DNA of 46,029 bases, counting the filler, from Jimgerdemannia flammicorona (lineage: Eukaryota): assembly GCA_003990765.1 (NCBI GenBank). It is 2 parts of 2 records of this genome, joined end to end, with 100 filler letters (N's around TTAATTAATTAA, not from the genome) between each part and the next. Parts side by side here need not be neighbours in the genome. Positions count along the whole stretch, not along the records: positions 1 to 22,967 come from RBNJ01001176.1; positions 23,068 to 46,029 come from RBNJ01001177.1. The stretch is one strand, 5' to 3'. The notes under the pieces are model-generated. The model was given only the letters and a program-made list of their open reading frames with translations. It was not told where the DNA came from and searched no databases. Of the stretch, positions 13,401-26,088 are shown piece after piece. The stretch's first letter is position 1. Each line of letters begins with the position of its first letter. A program made the translations under genes and the position numbers.

Positions 13401-15258
13401 TGTCCAGGCTCCTCTCCACTTTCTCCAAACCTCTCTCTTCCCTGGACACCCTAGTGATCCAATCAGGGGCACTATTCTACCTCCACCCTCTCTCAGACTA
13501 TCACCCCCCAGTACTCAGCAGTCAAAATCCAATCAATCCTAAAGCTCAGTCCATCTGTCCAATATATATACATCCTATAGTCTCTATTCTATAGTCTCAC
13601 AGTATCTACTAGAGCACCAAGTTACTCAATCTCCTCCCAGTCCTCCATCTCTCCACTTTTCTCTAGTATCCCCCTTTTTTCATCTGTTCTGTCTAGTCTG
13701 AAATCCTGAATTATATTAAAGTCCCCACCCAGGCAGTCTACCCTAGTCTCTACTAGAGTACCAGAGTCCTGTAATCTCTGTATCCAATCTACCCTAGCCT
13801 CCCTCTCTGCTGAGTAGTAGCAAAAACCTACAACTACATTGCCCCAGCCCAGTCTCTGTCAAGACCCTTACACCAATCTGCTCTCTCAATGTCCAATGTT
13901 CTTAATATCTCCCTTCTCTCTTCTAACTAATATTCCCATCTTTCCCTATCATATTGCCACCCTCTCCCACTCCCTCATCTATTCTAATCTATCTACCTCA
14001 ATCTCACACCTTATATCTTAAAGTAAAAATATGTCTGTATCCAGTTTCCTCAGTCAGCCAAAGATATTGTGACATCTCTCTGCCCCTCTAAGTCTATTGA
14101 TATTAATAGAGAATATATTGATTATACTGTTCATAGTGAATAATGTTAAAGAGGTACAAATTCACTCTACAATTCCATACTCTCATTCTCTCCTATCAAA
14201 TTCAAGTTCTGCTCAGTCTTGACCTCTGTTTTCAATTCCTGCTACTCATCCAGAGCTGCCAACAACTCCACACAATCCTCCTTATCTATTATTTCAATAG
14301 ATGCATAATACTTCTCACACACCACCCAGCCCCTTTCTTAGCCCTCATAGATAAGATACTTACTCATTTGTAATACTTAGAAGAGTCATCTTTTGGACTC
14401 TATTGTACTCCTCCTTCTCTAATAGTACTACCATAATCTCATCTCTCAGCCTCCTCACTATGTCCTCACCCCTTAGCACTTCTCCCCAGAAGGCCTTACT
14501 GACTATGTGAAAATCCACCTCTCTCAACTCCTCACTATCACATTCTTCAATATCTTCCACAGTCACTTCTCTCCACCCACTGCCTCTTCCCTCTAGGCTG
14601 ACTTCTATTCTCCAGTTTCCCTGCCCTTCCCCTTCTCAGTTCTTCCAGATTCATCCTATCCATCTTTGGACACATCCTATAGCTCCTCCTCTCCAATACC
14701 AAGTACTCTATACTGAATCAAAATCCTCTCTACCATCTTTATATCTGCTGTCACCACCTCTAACTCTGATCCCAATTCTCTCTCCTGGCCTTCTCTTTAC
14801 TGCCCTGACTCAGCCCACATACTAGCCCTCACACCCTTCCCACTGGTTACCTCAGTACTCTTCAGGTCTCCTCCAGGTATAATAATAGCTCTTTCTGTAC
14901 CTTTCTCTCCTGTACCTTTTTCCAGAGAGTATGGTCTATCTGTACCTTCTTACCATTGATGACCTCAATTACTGTCCTAGCCTCATACTTCTTCCAAGCC
15001 TTCTGCTTTCTCTTGACTGCTTCCACTATATCCTCCAGTACCTCCAGCAGATCCTCTTCCTCCTCTAGTATCTCTAGTACCCTTGATATCTTATATTTCA
15101 CCAGTCTCCACCTTAGCACTATTGGCCAGTCTCTCCTCTTCTCAGTATTCTCCTTTTTTGCTAGCCTTACCCTGATATTCACATCTCCTGTCCTGAGTTC
15201 TGTCCCCTCCTAGACCCAAAATTCAATATTGACAATATTACTAAACTCCTTAACAGTA

Positions 15259-15307
<49 letters not shown>

Positions 15308-15366
15308 GTCACTTGGACTCTGTCTTTATTACCAGTCTATGAATAAGTATACAATATCACCACCTA

Positions 15367-18300
15367 CTATCCGATCCCCCTTGGGGAGCCCCTCCTCACT
15401 CCTTCATGAATAAAGATCACCCTCTCACCAATGACTCCAACTCTCCCACTGCTCTGTCCACAGATTTTCTCCACCAAGAGGTACCTCCGACCCCCCTGCA
15501 GCCCCCAACCAAGCCACCAGCCTGTCAAGGTGTCTTCCGTAAGTCTCTGCCACTGTGACAACTGGCTCCCCAAGCTCAGTCACCTCCTATCCTCAAATAC
15601 AAATAGCCAGTGACTGGCCAGCCCAATCCAAATAGTCAATGTCCAACCTAAGGTAATCTACTTCTTTTCTACCCCACCTACCAACTGATCCCTCAAGTCC
15701 TCCCACCTCTCTCATACTTCATCTCTCCTATGCCTCACTCCCAAGTGGTCCCCAATGACTCACCAAAAATCTCTCAACACCTTGCACTCTCCTAGCCAAT
15801 GTTCTGGTGTCTGTACAAAGCCCCCCTCCTGCCCTACATTATGGCACTCCTCACAGTCGAAGTAACCCCCTATGACAAGATGCTCTGAGCAGAAGTTGAG
15901 CATTACATTCCTCCTCAGCATGTGCCACCAGACCACCCAGTACTTTGGTGGCATCCATTTTCATACTATGGCACTTCAGATCCAAATACCATACCAGTCT
16001 CACTCTTCTCCAATTCCAACTTCTTGCCAACCGCTAGGCCACAGATCCTGGCCTGGTCCTCTTTGGCATTCTATTCCATCACCAATGTCGAACTCAAGTA
16101 AAGACACTCCACCCAGCAGTACACCATCTCATCTCCACATCGCCTAATCCCAGGCCTCCTTTCTCTCATTCCCCTGCCAGCAAATACTAATGTGGTGTGC
16201 CCCCTCCACTATCCCCCACCAGAAGCCTTTATATCACAATTGTGTAGTGTTCTGAAGACCAACCAATGTGAGAAGATCACCCATTGAGCCTCTTGGTGAT
16301 GACTGCCTCTCCCAGATCTTCTGCAACAAGAGAACCCAATCTCCTCCTCATAACTCCACTGCCCTCTTAAGCCACCATGCCCTCAAGCAGTATAGTTGTT
16401 TGGGAAAGTCCACCAGCCCAAGACCACCTCTTGCCACTGGTAGGGACAAGGTCTCCCAACCAATCTGGCTCTATTGGCCAGCCCAAATCCACCCCTTGGC
16501 CACCTTTACCAATCTCTTCACCACCCAGACTGGAAAGTCCAGATGATAAGCCAAATACCACAGCTTTGGCAGCCAATATACATTTAAGATCGAGACCCAT
16601 CCCATCAGAGAAAAAAGTTGTCCCCCCTAACCCTGCAGGTCCTCCTCCCAAATTCCAATTTGCTACTCCCACCAATGCCTGGGCAGAACTGATCCATAGA
16701 CTGACAAATAGATGCCTAAGTACTGCACTACCTCACCAGTGGGGACAATTGTTCCTATAACTTCTCCTCCCACCAGGCCATTGCCCAGCACCATTGTTTC
16801 ACACTTGTGCCAATTTAGCTTCACCCCAGAATTCTCCTCATACCACTCCACTGTCTTCTTGAGCTCCTCAATATCAGCAATCAATCCCAAACCAACCACT
16901 ATGTCATCCACAAAGGCCCCAACTTTCCACCCAATGCCATAGATAGAGAGCCCCACTATCCTCTGCCTAATTCTGTCCATGAGGAGTTCCAGGGAGAGAG
17001 CATACAAGATGGGGGACAGTGGGCCCCCCTGGGGCACCCCCCTACCCAGAGGGAATGCTACCCCTCTATACTTATTATACATGAGTGCAGCCCTACTCCC
17101 TACCAGTAGACTGATCATTGCTGACCAAAATTGGGTCAGAACCCCCATTTTATCCAATACTTTCTCCAGCCAGACTTGTCACACCTGATCATAAGCCTTC
17201 TCCTGGTCCAAGAAGACTAGCTGCCCATCTAATCCACAGGCTCTAGCCCCTTCAATAACTCTATGTACCCAGGCTATACCATCTTGAATGAGCCATCCAC
17301 CCACAAATCCTCTCTGCTCAACACCTACAACTTGCTGGACTACCTTCTGTAGCCTCATGACCACCACCTTAGTCACCAACTTCCTGTCCATATCTAGCAA
17401 CATTATCGGCCACCAGTTCTTCCAGTCCTCTCACCTTTCTTTGTTCTTATAAAGCAGTGTCACCAGCCCAAGATCCTGCTCTCCCATCCATCTCTCTGTC
17501 TGCAATATAGAGTCACACAATGCCATCAACTCTCCCATCATACCTGGGACTCCAACCATTTGCTTCCAGAAGTCTCAGGGTAGGCCATCCTCCCCAGGCA
17601 CTATACCTGAGATTGTTGCAGCAAGAATCTGGTGGATCTCATCTTCCTTTACAGGCATCACCAGGTCACCTAGTCCCACAGCTTGTGGTGGGTGCCAATC
17701 CTCCAATGTTCGGTCAATAGCAGTAGCATCTGCCCCACTCTCCTCCTCATCCCACAATCCACTCCATTGCTCCTTCAGTGATCCAAGAATATTCTGTATA
17801 CCATGCACCAGTACACCATCTGAATCAAGTACTCCTTCCTACCATTGCTGTACTCTTCTTGCCCTAAGGGTCCTCATGAAAAACTTAGAAGACTGCTCCT
17901 ATTCCTTCAGCCCCTGCCAATAAAGCCATGCCACCAAGCTTTGTACTCTTGCCTCTTCCTCTTCCCACAGCACCTGTTGTAGTTCCCCAACCTCCATCTT
18001 TGCCCTCATTACTCTCCAATATTCTTCTCCCTCCACCATCACCAGTCTCACCCACTCCTCTAGAAGCCTAGCCAATCTAGTAGAAGCCCAATGTACTCTC
18101 TTCCTTTACTGCTTCTCTGCCTCCTTGCCAGCCTCACTCCAGTACATTCTGGCCATCTCTTTCATCCTCATCCACCGAACCCCAATTGAGACACCTTCCT
18201 GCTGCCAGGTCTCCACCCTTAGCTGAATGTCTTTAGCCCACTCCTCCCATTGGGACCCATCATCTAACAAGGAGGAATTTAGGTGCCAATGTCCAGGCCC

Positions 18301-19023
18301 ATCCCCACTTCCCCCAAAGCACCCCTGTCCCAACAGGCCCCAGTGATCTGACCAAGGACACCATTCCACTTCCAGCGACTTCCAAACATCTTGGCCCCAA
18401 CAGTTGGCTGTCAGAATCCAGTCGATCCTTGTCCCCAGGCCTCTAGCCCAATATATATATACTCTCCTATCCCCCCAGTACTCCCTACCAGCATCTACCA
18501 GCACTCTCAATCTTTCGACTTCCTCCCACATCACCAGCCCCCCACTCCTGCTCTCAGCACCCCGTCCTCTATCAGTTCTATCCATCTATGCATCCTGAAC
18601 CATATTGAAATCTCCCCCAAGCATATCCACTCTAGCCTCTGCCAGAATCCCACTCTCCTGGAGATCCTTTACCCAATCTACCTGCTCCCCCCTTATAGCG
18701 GGGCAGTAACAGGAGCCAACTGTAACTGGCTCCCAGCCTACATGAATCCATTTACCCCAGACTAGCCTCTCCCCCCAGCTCCTTACATCTCTTATCTCCC
18801 CTCTGCCTTTCTGAACCAGAATTCCAACCTTGCCATTTCAAATTGCCATATCACCCCATTCCTTTGTCCATTCCATCCTATCAGAGTCATTCTTACACCT
18901 GACATCCTGTAAGAGAAAGAGATCGGCCTCCAATCCCTTCAGCCAAACAAAAATATTCCTACATCTAACAGCACCCTGTAGCCCATTTATATTCAAAGAA
19001 AAAATGTTGGTTGTACTATTTAT
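15367..19023 (-). pseudogene. LINE ORF2: AP endonuclease, reverse transcriptase, C-terminal CCHC motif
   Basis: IFSLNINGL, DLFLLQD, RIDWIL, SDHW, WHLNSSLL, PGEDGLP, LDQEKAYD, GVPQGGPLSPILY, AFVDDI, YLG, and CEECH...TPEHWLGEC; start codon ATG appears mutated to ATA at 19023. Confidence 0.92.
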
Positions 19024-19049
19024 AATGAAATACAATTTGTTATCAGTCA

Positions 19050-21056
19050 ATCTCTACTGCTCTATACTCATTTCCTCCTATACTATATCAAGATTATATT
19101 CTGCCATCACCTCCTTCTCTTCAGCCCTCTGAGCCTCCAATCTAGCCAATAGCTCATTCATCTCCCCATCCACCTTCTCCTCAAACTCCTCCCAGTACTC
19201 AATACAAGCCTCCTGCCAAAGCTACAATCCATGATGCTTATTCTAACAGTACTCAGCCCTCTCCCCAGTGACAACTACCATCTCTGCCTCCCGCTCCTTG
19301 TCCACCTCATACCCTTCCTCCTTCAGATACACCACAAGAATTTCTGTCTTTAGCGCCATCATCACTCTATCCCCCTGCAAAATCTGCATCCAGTGCTCAT
19401 CACCCATCACTCACAAGTCCACCTCCCCCAACTCCTCTGCCGCCAGATTATTCATCATCCTACATATCCAAAGTAGGTTCCCCACCTCCTTCCCTCTGGG
19501 GGTCGCTGGCCTCCCTCCATCCAGCATTGTGGTGTCGGCTCCAGTACTTACAACCTCATCCCATACCTCTGGGACATCCACTAGTTCCTCCTCCCTGGCC
19601 ACCATCACCTGTCCCCCATTCATCACCTCTGGAATGCCAAATTTCACCAGATGGGTCCCCAGCATTGTCATGTCCTCCACCATCTTGGTTCTGGAAGCTG
19701 GGCCTCACCTGATAAGAGGGGATGGAGTGGGGGAATTCTCCCAGACCTCATCCCAAACCTCCAAAGTGCCATCAGCATATAGATCACTAATCTTTATCTC
19801 CTTCACCTTCCCTGTCTCTTCCCTGGCATTCCCACTCCTCTCACTAGCCCAGATACTCGCTTTGGTCCCTTCCATACTGGTCATCTTGCTCACATCCTCC
19901 TGGGGTCCACTCTCCAGTTTAGCCAGCAGATCCTTCTGTCTCTTACACCCCTGAGCCCTTTCCCACTACACCTTGTCTATACAAATCCTCTTTCCATCCA
20001 CCACCTCCAGGTATATCAACTCTATGAAAGCCTTCCAAGCCTTTGCTTGCCACTCTACAGTACCATCCAATTCTTCCAGCACTTCCAATAAATCCTCTTC
20101 CTCCTCTTCACTTCCTTTCACCCTCATCACCTTACATAAGATCGCTCCCCAGACCATCACTGTAGGCCAGTCCCTTGCCTTCCCAGTAGCTTCTTTTCCA
20201 ACCAGCCAAATCCTCACATCTATGTCTCCAGTTCTGAGTGAGGTCCCTTCCCAGACCCTGAATCCAATATCTACCATCTCTCCATACTCTGCCATGACAT
20301 CCTCAACTCTCTTTCTCATCTCCATTGCCATCACTGTGGGCACTCCCTTCATCAGCAGTTGGACCACCCTCGGATCCCATTTCAGACACCTCGCCATTGG
20401 AACACACACCTCCCCAACTACCAAGCCAACTTTCAATACCTCCTCCAGTGGCTCAGCCTCCTCAAAACCCACCTCTACACCCTCTAGTCCTTTCAAAAAC
20501 TTCACTGACACGGCTCCTATCACCTGCTTAGCGATAAGCCCCAGTACCATTTTTACTGTCACTGCTAAGCCCCAGAAGCACAGTGTAACCACAAATGCCG
20601 AGATCGATTTTTTAAGTAACAGGGCCACCACCAGGCCTGTCATGCCATCTGCCAAATTCCCTTGTCTTCTAAGCCTCAGCCACTCAGCCTCGCCAATAGC
20701 CATCACATCTGGATTTTTTACCAGATTAGCAGTCCCATCGCCATCAGCAGTCACACTCCCCCCAGCTGCTACTCCCTCAGCTCCACTGCCCCCCTTTCCA
20801 AGGGCTACTCCCCTATATGCCACCACCTTCTCGGTTTCCTTGCCCCTCCTCAGCCAGCCCTCCAGCCCCAATGCCTGCTGCCTCCCCTTCACCATCTCCA
20901 CAAAGCTCGCTCTCCCAGACCCTTGTCTACTACCAATATCTCCACCTCTTCTGTATCCTCCCCCCCCAGACCTGGGCCCCTCCCCACCTGCTGTCATTTG
21001 AAAGTGCTTGGGCCACCCTGCCCAGTACACACCTCAGATTGTCTGTCAGTCACCAT
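19050..21056 (-). pseudogene. LINE ORF1 (Gly/Arg-rich N-terminus, acidic coiled-coil-like C-terminus)
   Basis: ATG at 21056 (MVTDRQSEVCTGQGGP), broken by a TGG-to-TGA change. ORF 19966-21030 is homologous to the host ORF1 pieces 14862-15182 and 21228-21419. End coordinate approximate. Confidence 0.75.
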
Positions 21057-21665
21057 GTTGCTAGTCTCTTTTCTCCAAAAACGATGTTGTAAGTGCCTTC
21101 CAAAGGTTGTATAATCTGAATGGTACCAGAGAAAGATAGTATTAACAGTATTCTTTATCAACTGCCTCACTTTCTCCTTTCTGACAGTTGACAGGTCTAT
21201 CACTATCAGTTGAACTATTCTGGGGTCCTAGTATATACATCTCACTATTAGAACTGCTATTCTCCTGATTTCCAATCCTTTCTTCAAAACCCCCAATAGT
21301 AACTCCTCCTCCTCAAAGCTGATCTCTACTGACTCAAGCTTTTTCAAAAACTTCACTGAGGCCACACCCTTTACTTTCTTAGCTAAGAGCCCCAGCACCA
21401 TCTTTGCTATTACCACCAAGTCTCAAAAGTACATCATGACTGTGAATTCAGATCTTGACTTCTTGAGTAATAGAGCTACCACTAGCTCTATCATACTATC
21501 TGCAAGATCACTAGACCTCATGCCCTTCTCACAGCTCAGTCTACTATCAGCTATTATATATAGATTTTTTCCAGATTGGCAGTCTCCTTGCCATCAGCAG
21601 TCCTGTATACTTCAGTCTTTACTCTCCTAGCTCTACTGCCCCTACTGCCAAGAGCTGCTCCCTTA

Positions 21666-21668
<3 letters not shown>

Positions 21669-21700
<32 letters not shown>

Positions 21701-22660
21701 GTCACTTGGACTCCGCCTTTATTACCAGTCTATGAATAAGTATACATCATTCTGACCCACTATCTGATCCCCACAGGGGGGTCCCTCTCTACTTCCTCAT
21801 GAATGAAAATCACCCTTTCACCTACTACCCCCACTCTCCCCCCACTTTGCCCACAGATTTTCACCACCAAGTGGCGCCTCCGACCACCCCGCATCCCCCA
21901 ACCCAGCCACCAGCCTGTTAAGGTGTCTTCTATAAGCCTATGCCATTACAGCAGCCAGTCCCCCAAGCTCTGTCTCCTCCCATTCTCAAAAACAAATAGC
22001 CAATGACTGGCCAGCCCCACTCAAATAGCCAAAGCCCAACCTAAAGTAAGCCACTCCTTCTCTATCCCCCCTACCAATCTATCCCTCAAGTCCTCCCATC
22101 ACCCCCATACTTCATCACTCCTACCCCATACCCCTAAGCGATCTCCAATTGTCTGCCAAAATTCCCCCAACACCTCACACTCTCCCAGCCAATGTTCTGG
22201 TGTCTGTACGTAGCCCCCATCCTGCCCTACATTATGGCACTCCTTACAATCGAAGCAACCCCCTACAACAAGGTGCCCTGAGCAAAAATTGAGCATAATA
22301 TTCCTCCGCAGCATGTGCCACCAGACCACTCAGTACTTTGGTGGCAGCTATGCTCACACTGCAGTACTCCAGGTCCAAACACCATACCAGTTCCACTCTT
22401 CGCCAATTCCAACTCCTTGCCAACCACTAGGCCACAGATCCTGGCCCGGTCCCCTTTGGCATTCCATTCCATCACTAAAGTCGAACTCAACTAAGGGAGC
22501 ACCACCCAGCAGTATATGGTCCCATCTCCACATCGCCGGGTCCCAATCCTCCTCACCTTTATTCCCCTACCAATGAATACCAATGTGGTGCACTCTATCT
22601 GCAATTTCCCACCAAAACCCTTTATATCGTAGTTGGGCAGTGTTCTGAAGCCCAACCAAT
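21669..22660 (-). mobile_element. LINE 3' fragment with poly(A) tail
   Basis: 29-nt poly-T at 21669-21697 plus atagtcacttggactc; CKECH...TPEHWLGEC motif; colinear with 15305-16267. Confidence 0.92.
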
Positions 22661-22669
22661 CAACAAAAC

Positions 22670-22967
22670 ATCTCTCTCCACTACAATTCATGTTACACAC
22701 ACTTTTCAACACACTTTCGAAGCATTTATTGGAGAAAGATACTAAGGCAATGTCAACCAGCAAGCAAGCCGACACGCATACTAGGTTGGGTGGACCTGGG
22801 GCCTTCAACTGGCAGACTGTTGGGAGAGGGTATAGATTGGGGATGGGGTCTTTTGGTGGCTCGAGTGGGCAGGGCGGCTCAGGTAGTGGAGGTGGCACTG
22901 GTGGGGGGGCTGGAGGGAAGCAGGGGAGGAGCTTTGCAGACACGCTGAGGGGTGGGGGCTGGCTGTT
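22670..22967 (+). mobile_element. LINE 5' end (5' UTR and ORF1 start), runs into the assembly gap
   Basis: atctctctcc...attcatgttacac resembles the 5' terminus at 21137(-) and 45771(+). ATG 22750 gives MSTSKQ...GAFNWQTVGRG...GRSFADTLRG. Confidence 0.8.
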
Positions 22968-23067
22968 NNNNNNNNNNNNNNNNNNNNNNNNNNNNNNNNN
23001 NNNNNNNNNNNTTAATTAATTAANNNNNNNNNNNNNNNNNNNNNNNNNNNNNNNNNNNNNNNNNNNN
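22968..23067. other. Assembly gap with artificial TTAATTAATTAA linker
   Basis: N-run, ttaattaattaa, N-run; 100 nt in total. Confidence 0.95.
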
Positions 23068-23217
23068 AAAAAAGACTTCAATAACGTAAAAAAAATATCT
23101 ATTAACCGCAAAACTGACCACCGACTACCATTAGCCCCTGAAAAAGGGGGGGGGGAAGGAGTTTAAGTAATAACCAATCTACACCAATGAAACAGCGGCC
23201 GGGTATCCACAACCACA

Positions 23218-25013
23218 TCAACAATAGTCGCCCTCTTCTTCGTCCTCGTCCTCCCCGCCAGCCATGCCATAGAAGAACTCGACCTCCAACTTGCCCGTGA
23301 CTACTTCGGGTTCGCTTCCTCTCCCCCCCCTAATTTTCTGCCTAACATCAATGATCCTACCATATGTCCTCCTAATCTCCTTCACAATCACATCCATTTC
23401 TCCCATAGCGCCTTCGCGTGCGTACATGCCAGCCCTAAAATCAATCTCCACGGCCATCTCGAAAAAATTGACCATGGGATCCTGGACCCATTCCTTCCAA
23501 GCGGGATCAACGGCGAGCGAGCGCAGGGTCTGCAGACGGTGGGGGTCATGTTGGGCGGTGTCGCGGAACTGGAGGCGGAAAGCTGTGGAGGAGGTCGTGT
23601 TGTACGCGTGGCGGGAGCGGAGGAAGGATAGGATAGAAGCCGAGAGAAGGAGAGGGCAGGAGGAGAGGGCTAGGGTGTGTAGGTGGGGGAGGTGAGTGAG
23701 AGGCGTGAGGGTTGTGATGGGGAGGGGTGAGACAGGGGTGACGGCGCGGTAGTCCCAGAGGATGAGTGTCGTGAGATTGGGAAGGAAATGGGGAAGGGTC
23801 GAGAAGAGGGGGTCGTTGAAAGTGGCTGGGGGAAGGCAGGGGGAGGTTAGAAATTATGGTCGAAGTTGGCGTCGCGAGTGGGTCATATATATCAATACTA
23901 ACCATGCCATTCTGTGCCTGTCGACATCCAGACCTCGAGCTCCTTCAACCCCGGACAACCTCTCAAACAAGCCTCAAATCCCTCACTTTCAAACCTCCAA
24001 CCACCCCTCCCGCCCCCGTCCTTCCTCAAAAACACCAACCTCCTCAACTTCTCCCTTTTAATCCTCCCCCACTCCACCAACGCCGCATTTGTCAACGTTT
24101 CACAGATACCAAAATGCCATGTCTCTAGTCCCGTACACACTTCACAAAACTCCCTCCACGCTCCCTCATCCTTCTCGATCTCAATCGCATGCGTCACATG
24201 CCCAAGCCTCAGTGCGGGGTACGACGCAAATTCCTTAAGCCTTGGCCCGAGAGTACGCGCGAGGACGGAGAGCAAGCGCGGTTGGTAAACACAGCACGTG
24301 TGGCCGTTCTCGGCCAGGGTGTCAGTGCCGCAGAGGCGGAGTTGAGTGAGGCGGTTGAAGCGGGGGAGGACGAGTTCCAGGAGCGGGAGAGTGGGACCCC
24401 GGACGGGAGTCGGTTGAGTGGAGGGGGCAGGAAGGAAGGTGTGGGTGAGGAATTCTGCCTGGAAGATATCATCGCCTAGGGAGAGGGATTCGAGTGCTGG
24501 ACAGGCGAGAGAGAGGAGATGGAGGAGGTGGTTGGCAGGGAGGCGGTGTTGTGAGGGGATGCGAGATGTGTTGGTGAGGGTTATGACTAAGGATGTGAGG
24601 TGCGGGAGGTGCGATAGTAAGTCCTGCCACGTCTGCGTCTCCCAGCGGAAGAGGATTGATTCCAGATGGTTCGGAAGCGGGATTTTGAAGTGGCCGCGGG
24701 AGCTGTGGTCGTGCTCTGGCTGGAGTCCATCGAGAGCATCAAAGAGGATGTGGAGGTCCGCGACGTTGAGCCCGTGAATTTTGGTGAGTTTGTGGAGAGC
24801 AGATTCGCTGCGCCGCGGGTTATTGGTGGTATCCCAGTGGATAGTGTGCCAGAGGTCGGGGGTGGAGAGCGCGACGTTTGCCCAGTGACGGCAGACCAGG
24901 GAGAGACAGATGAGGGAGTCAACGGGGGGGATCAGGTGGGAGAAGACGGAGGTGAGAATCTCGGGAGGGAGGGAGTGGACGAGTGGGGACTTTATGTTGG
25001 CTTCGGAATCCAT
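23218..25013 (-). CDS. F-box/leucine-rich-repeat protein, about 572 aa, 2 exons (25013-23903, 23825-23218)
   Basis: N-terminal F-box LPPEILTSVFSHL...LSLVCRHWANVALSTPDLWHTI; LRR-like CPALESLSL, CPGLKELEV, LPNLTTLIL. The 77-nt intron 23826-23902 (GTTAGT...CTAAC...CCCAG) joins ORF 23898-25013 in frame with ORF 23218-23475. Confidence 0.88.
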
Positions 25014-26088
25014 AACGTGTTTAAGTCCAAGATGAGATGTAGTCCTCTCACTCGAATATTTGTATATATGGGAGGAAACCCGTCACGGTTGTACAGATTT
25101 GGGCGGGTTCCAAATAGGATGGATCGCAAGTTCGATAGAACTAAATTTGTGAGGTCACTTTTCCCACAAACCGCTCGCGGACGGGGTAAACCCCGAGGAG
25201 TGCAACGATGAGGGGCGAGAGGAGGAGGGTGTGCGGATGCAATTACATTATAGAGAGGGGTGAGGTATTGACGAGTGTATGTACGGCGTGACGCTCATTT
25301 GTTAATCGTCGAGTAGGTGCGTCATGTTCGCGTTGCTAGCGACGAGTTTGTTAGACAGGAGGATAAGATCATGAATGAAGGGTACGTGTTGTCTTGACGT
25401 TCAAAGTTCGACGCAAGGTTAAATTTTAAAGGAAACCAGCGAGACATTTCGCTGATGATGTAACGTACAATTCGAATAGTGTGCATGGAATCTTGGGCAT
25501 CTAGCATTGTGTAACGAACAAAAAGCAAACAACTACAAGCAGACTTGGCGTTTTTGTTTTTTGTTTCACTTCTCGATAGAGGAATCTAAAAATAAACAAA
25601 TACGTTAACGCATCGAGGCAGAACCAAATGGAGGCATTTGTTATTTGTGTGACGGTCGATTGCTTATTGTCAAAGAGGTAGATGATAGTATTAAAGGAAG
25701 TTGATGGCGGGGGTGCTATTAGCTCAGCATTGCCCTTTGTATTCCGCCACATACGCAAAGCCAAACCCGACCGATCTGCATGATCGATCCAAAGAAGTTG
25801 TATATACTCATTGACAGGTACACAGAGCATTATGCACCGAAGTTACGCATACAGAGTCGTACTCTTTGCAGTGTTTACACACTCTCTGAATATCCCGTCA
25901 ATCACGAATTGCGTGTAATTATGATCAGGTGGTCCTTCCCGCCGGGGATCCTGTCCACACTGGTTGTGTTTACAACCCTCAGAAGGAGCAATAGCGTCAA
26001 TCAAACACAACCCCATGGCTCCGTTTGTAGAGCTAAAAAACCCTCCGAAACTACACCTTCAACCACCTTTTTCGTCAACTCTCTATGC

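Larger units (their letters stand above)
15264..21141 (-). mobile_element. Full-length (~5.9 kb) L1/Tx1-like LINE, inactivated by stops
   Basis: 41-nt poly-T at 15264-15304. Perfect 13-bp TSD ttaacagtattct at 15250-15262 and 21142-21154. Short 5' UTR, ORF1 and ORF2 all present. Confidence 0.95.
3973..21668 (-). mobile_element. Host L1/Tx1-like LINE split into three pieces (3973-4000, 10422-15262, 21142-21668) by two later insertions
   Basis: Poly-T 3973-3986 plus atagtcatttagac, the same 3' terminus as at 15305 and 21698. RT motifs at 11951-12217 (GRGVLQRDPLSPILY, VFIDDI). Endonuclease start near ATG 14134 (IFSININ). ORF1 remnants at 14360-15262 continue at 21155-21668. Confidence 0.85.

Noticed and set aside
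19268..21114. Long Ser/Thr/Pro-rich plus-strand ORFs (228, 342, 150 aa)
   Set aside because: Antisense shadows of the purine-rich LINE ORF1.
22968..23067. TTAATTAATTAA palindrome within Ns
   Set aside because: Artificial contig linker; adjacency across it is not guaranteed.
23218..23475. Separate small gene or LINE ORF1 relic
   Set aside because: It splices in frame as the end of exon 2 of the F-box gene and is CpG-rich.
25780..26088. 103-aa N-terminal extension of the membrane protein
   Set aside because: It would bury the signal peptide and has non-coding-like composition; ATG 26089 or 26092 is more plausible.
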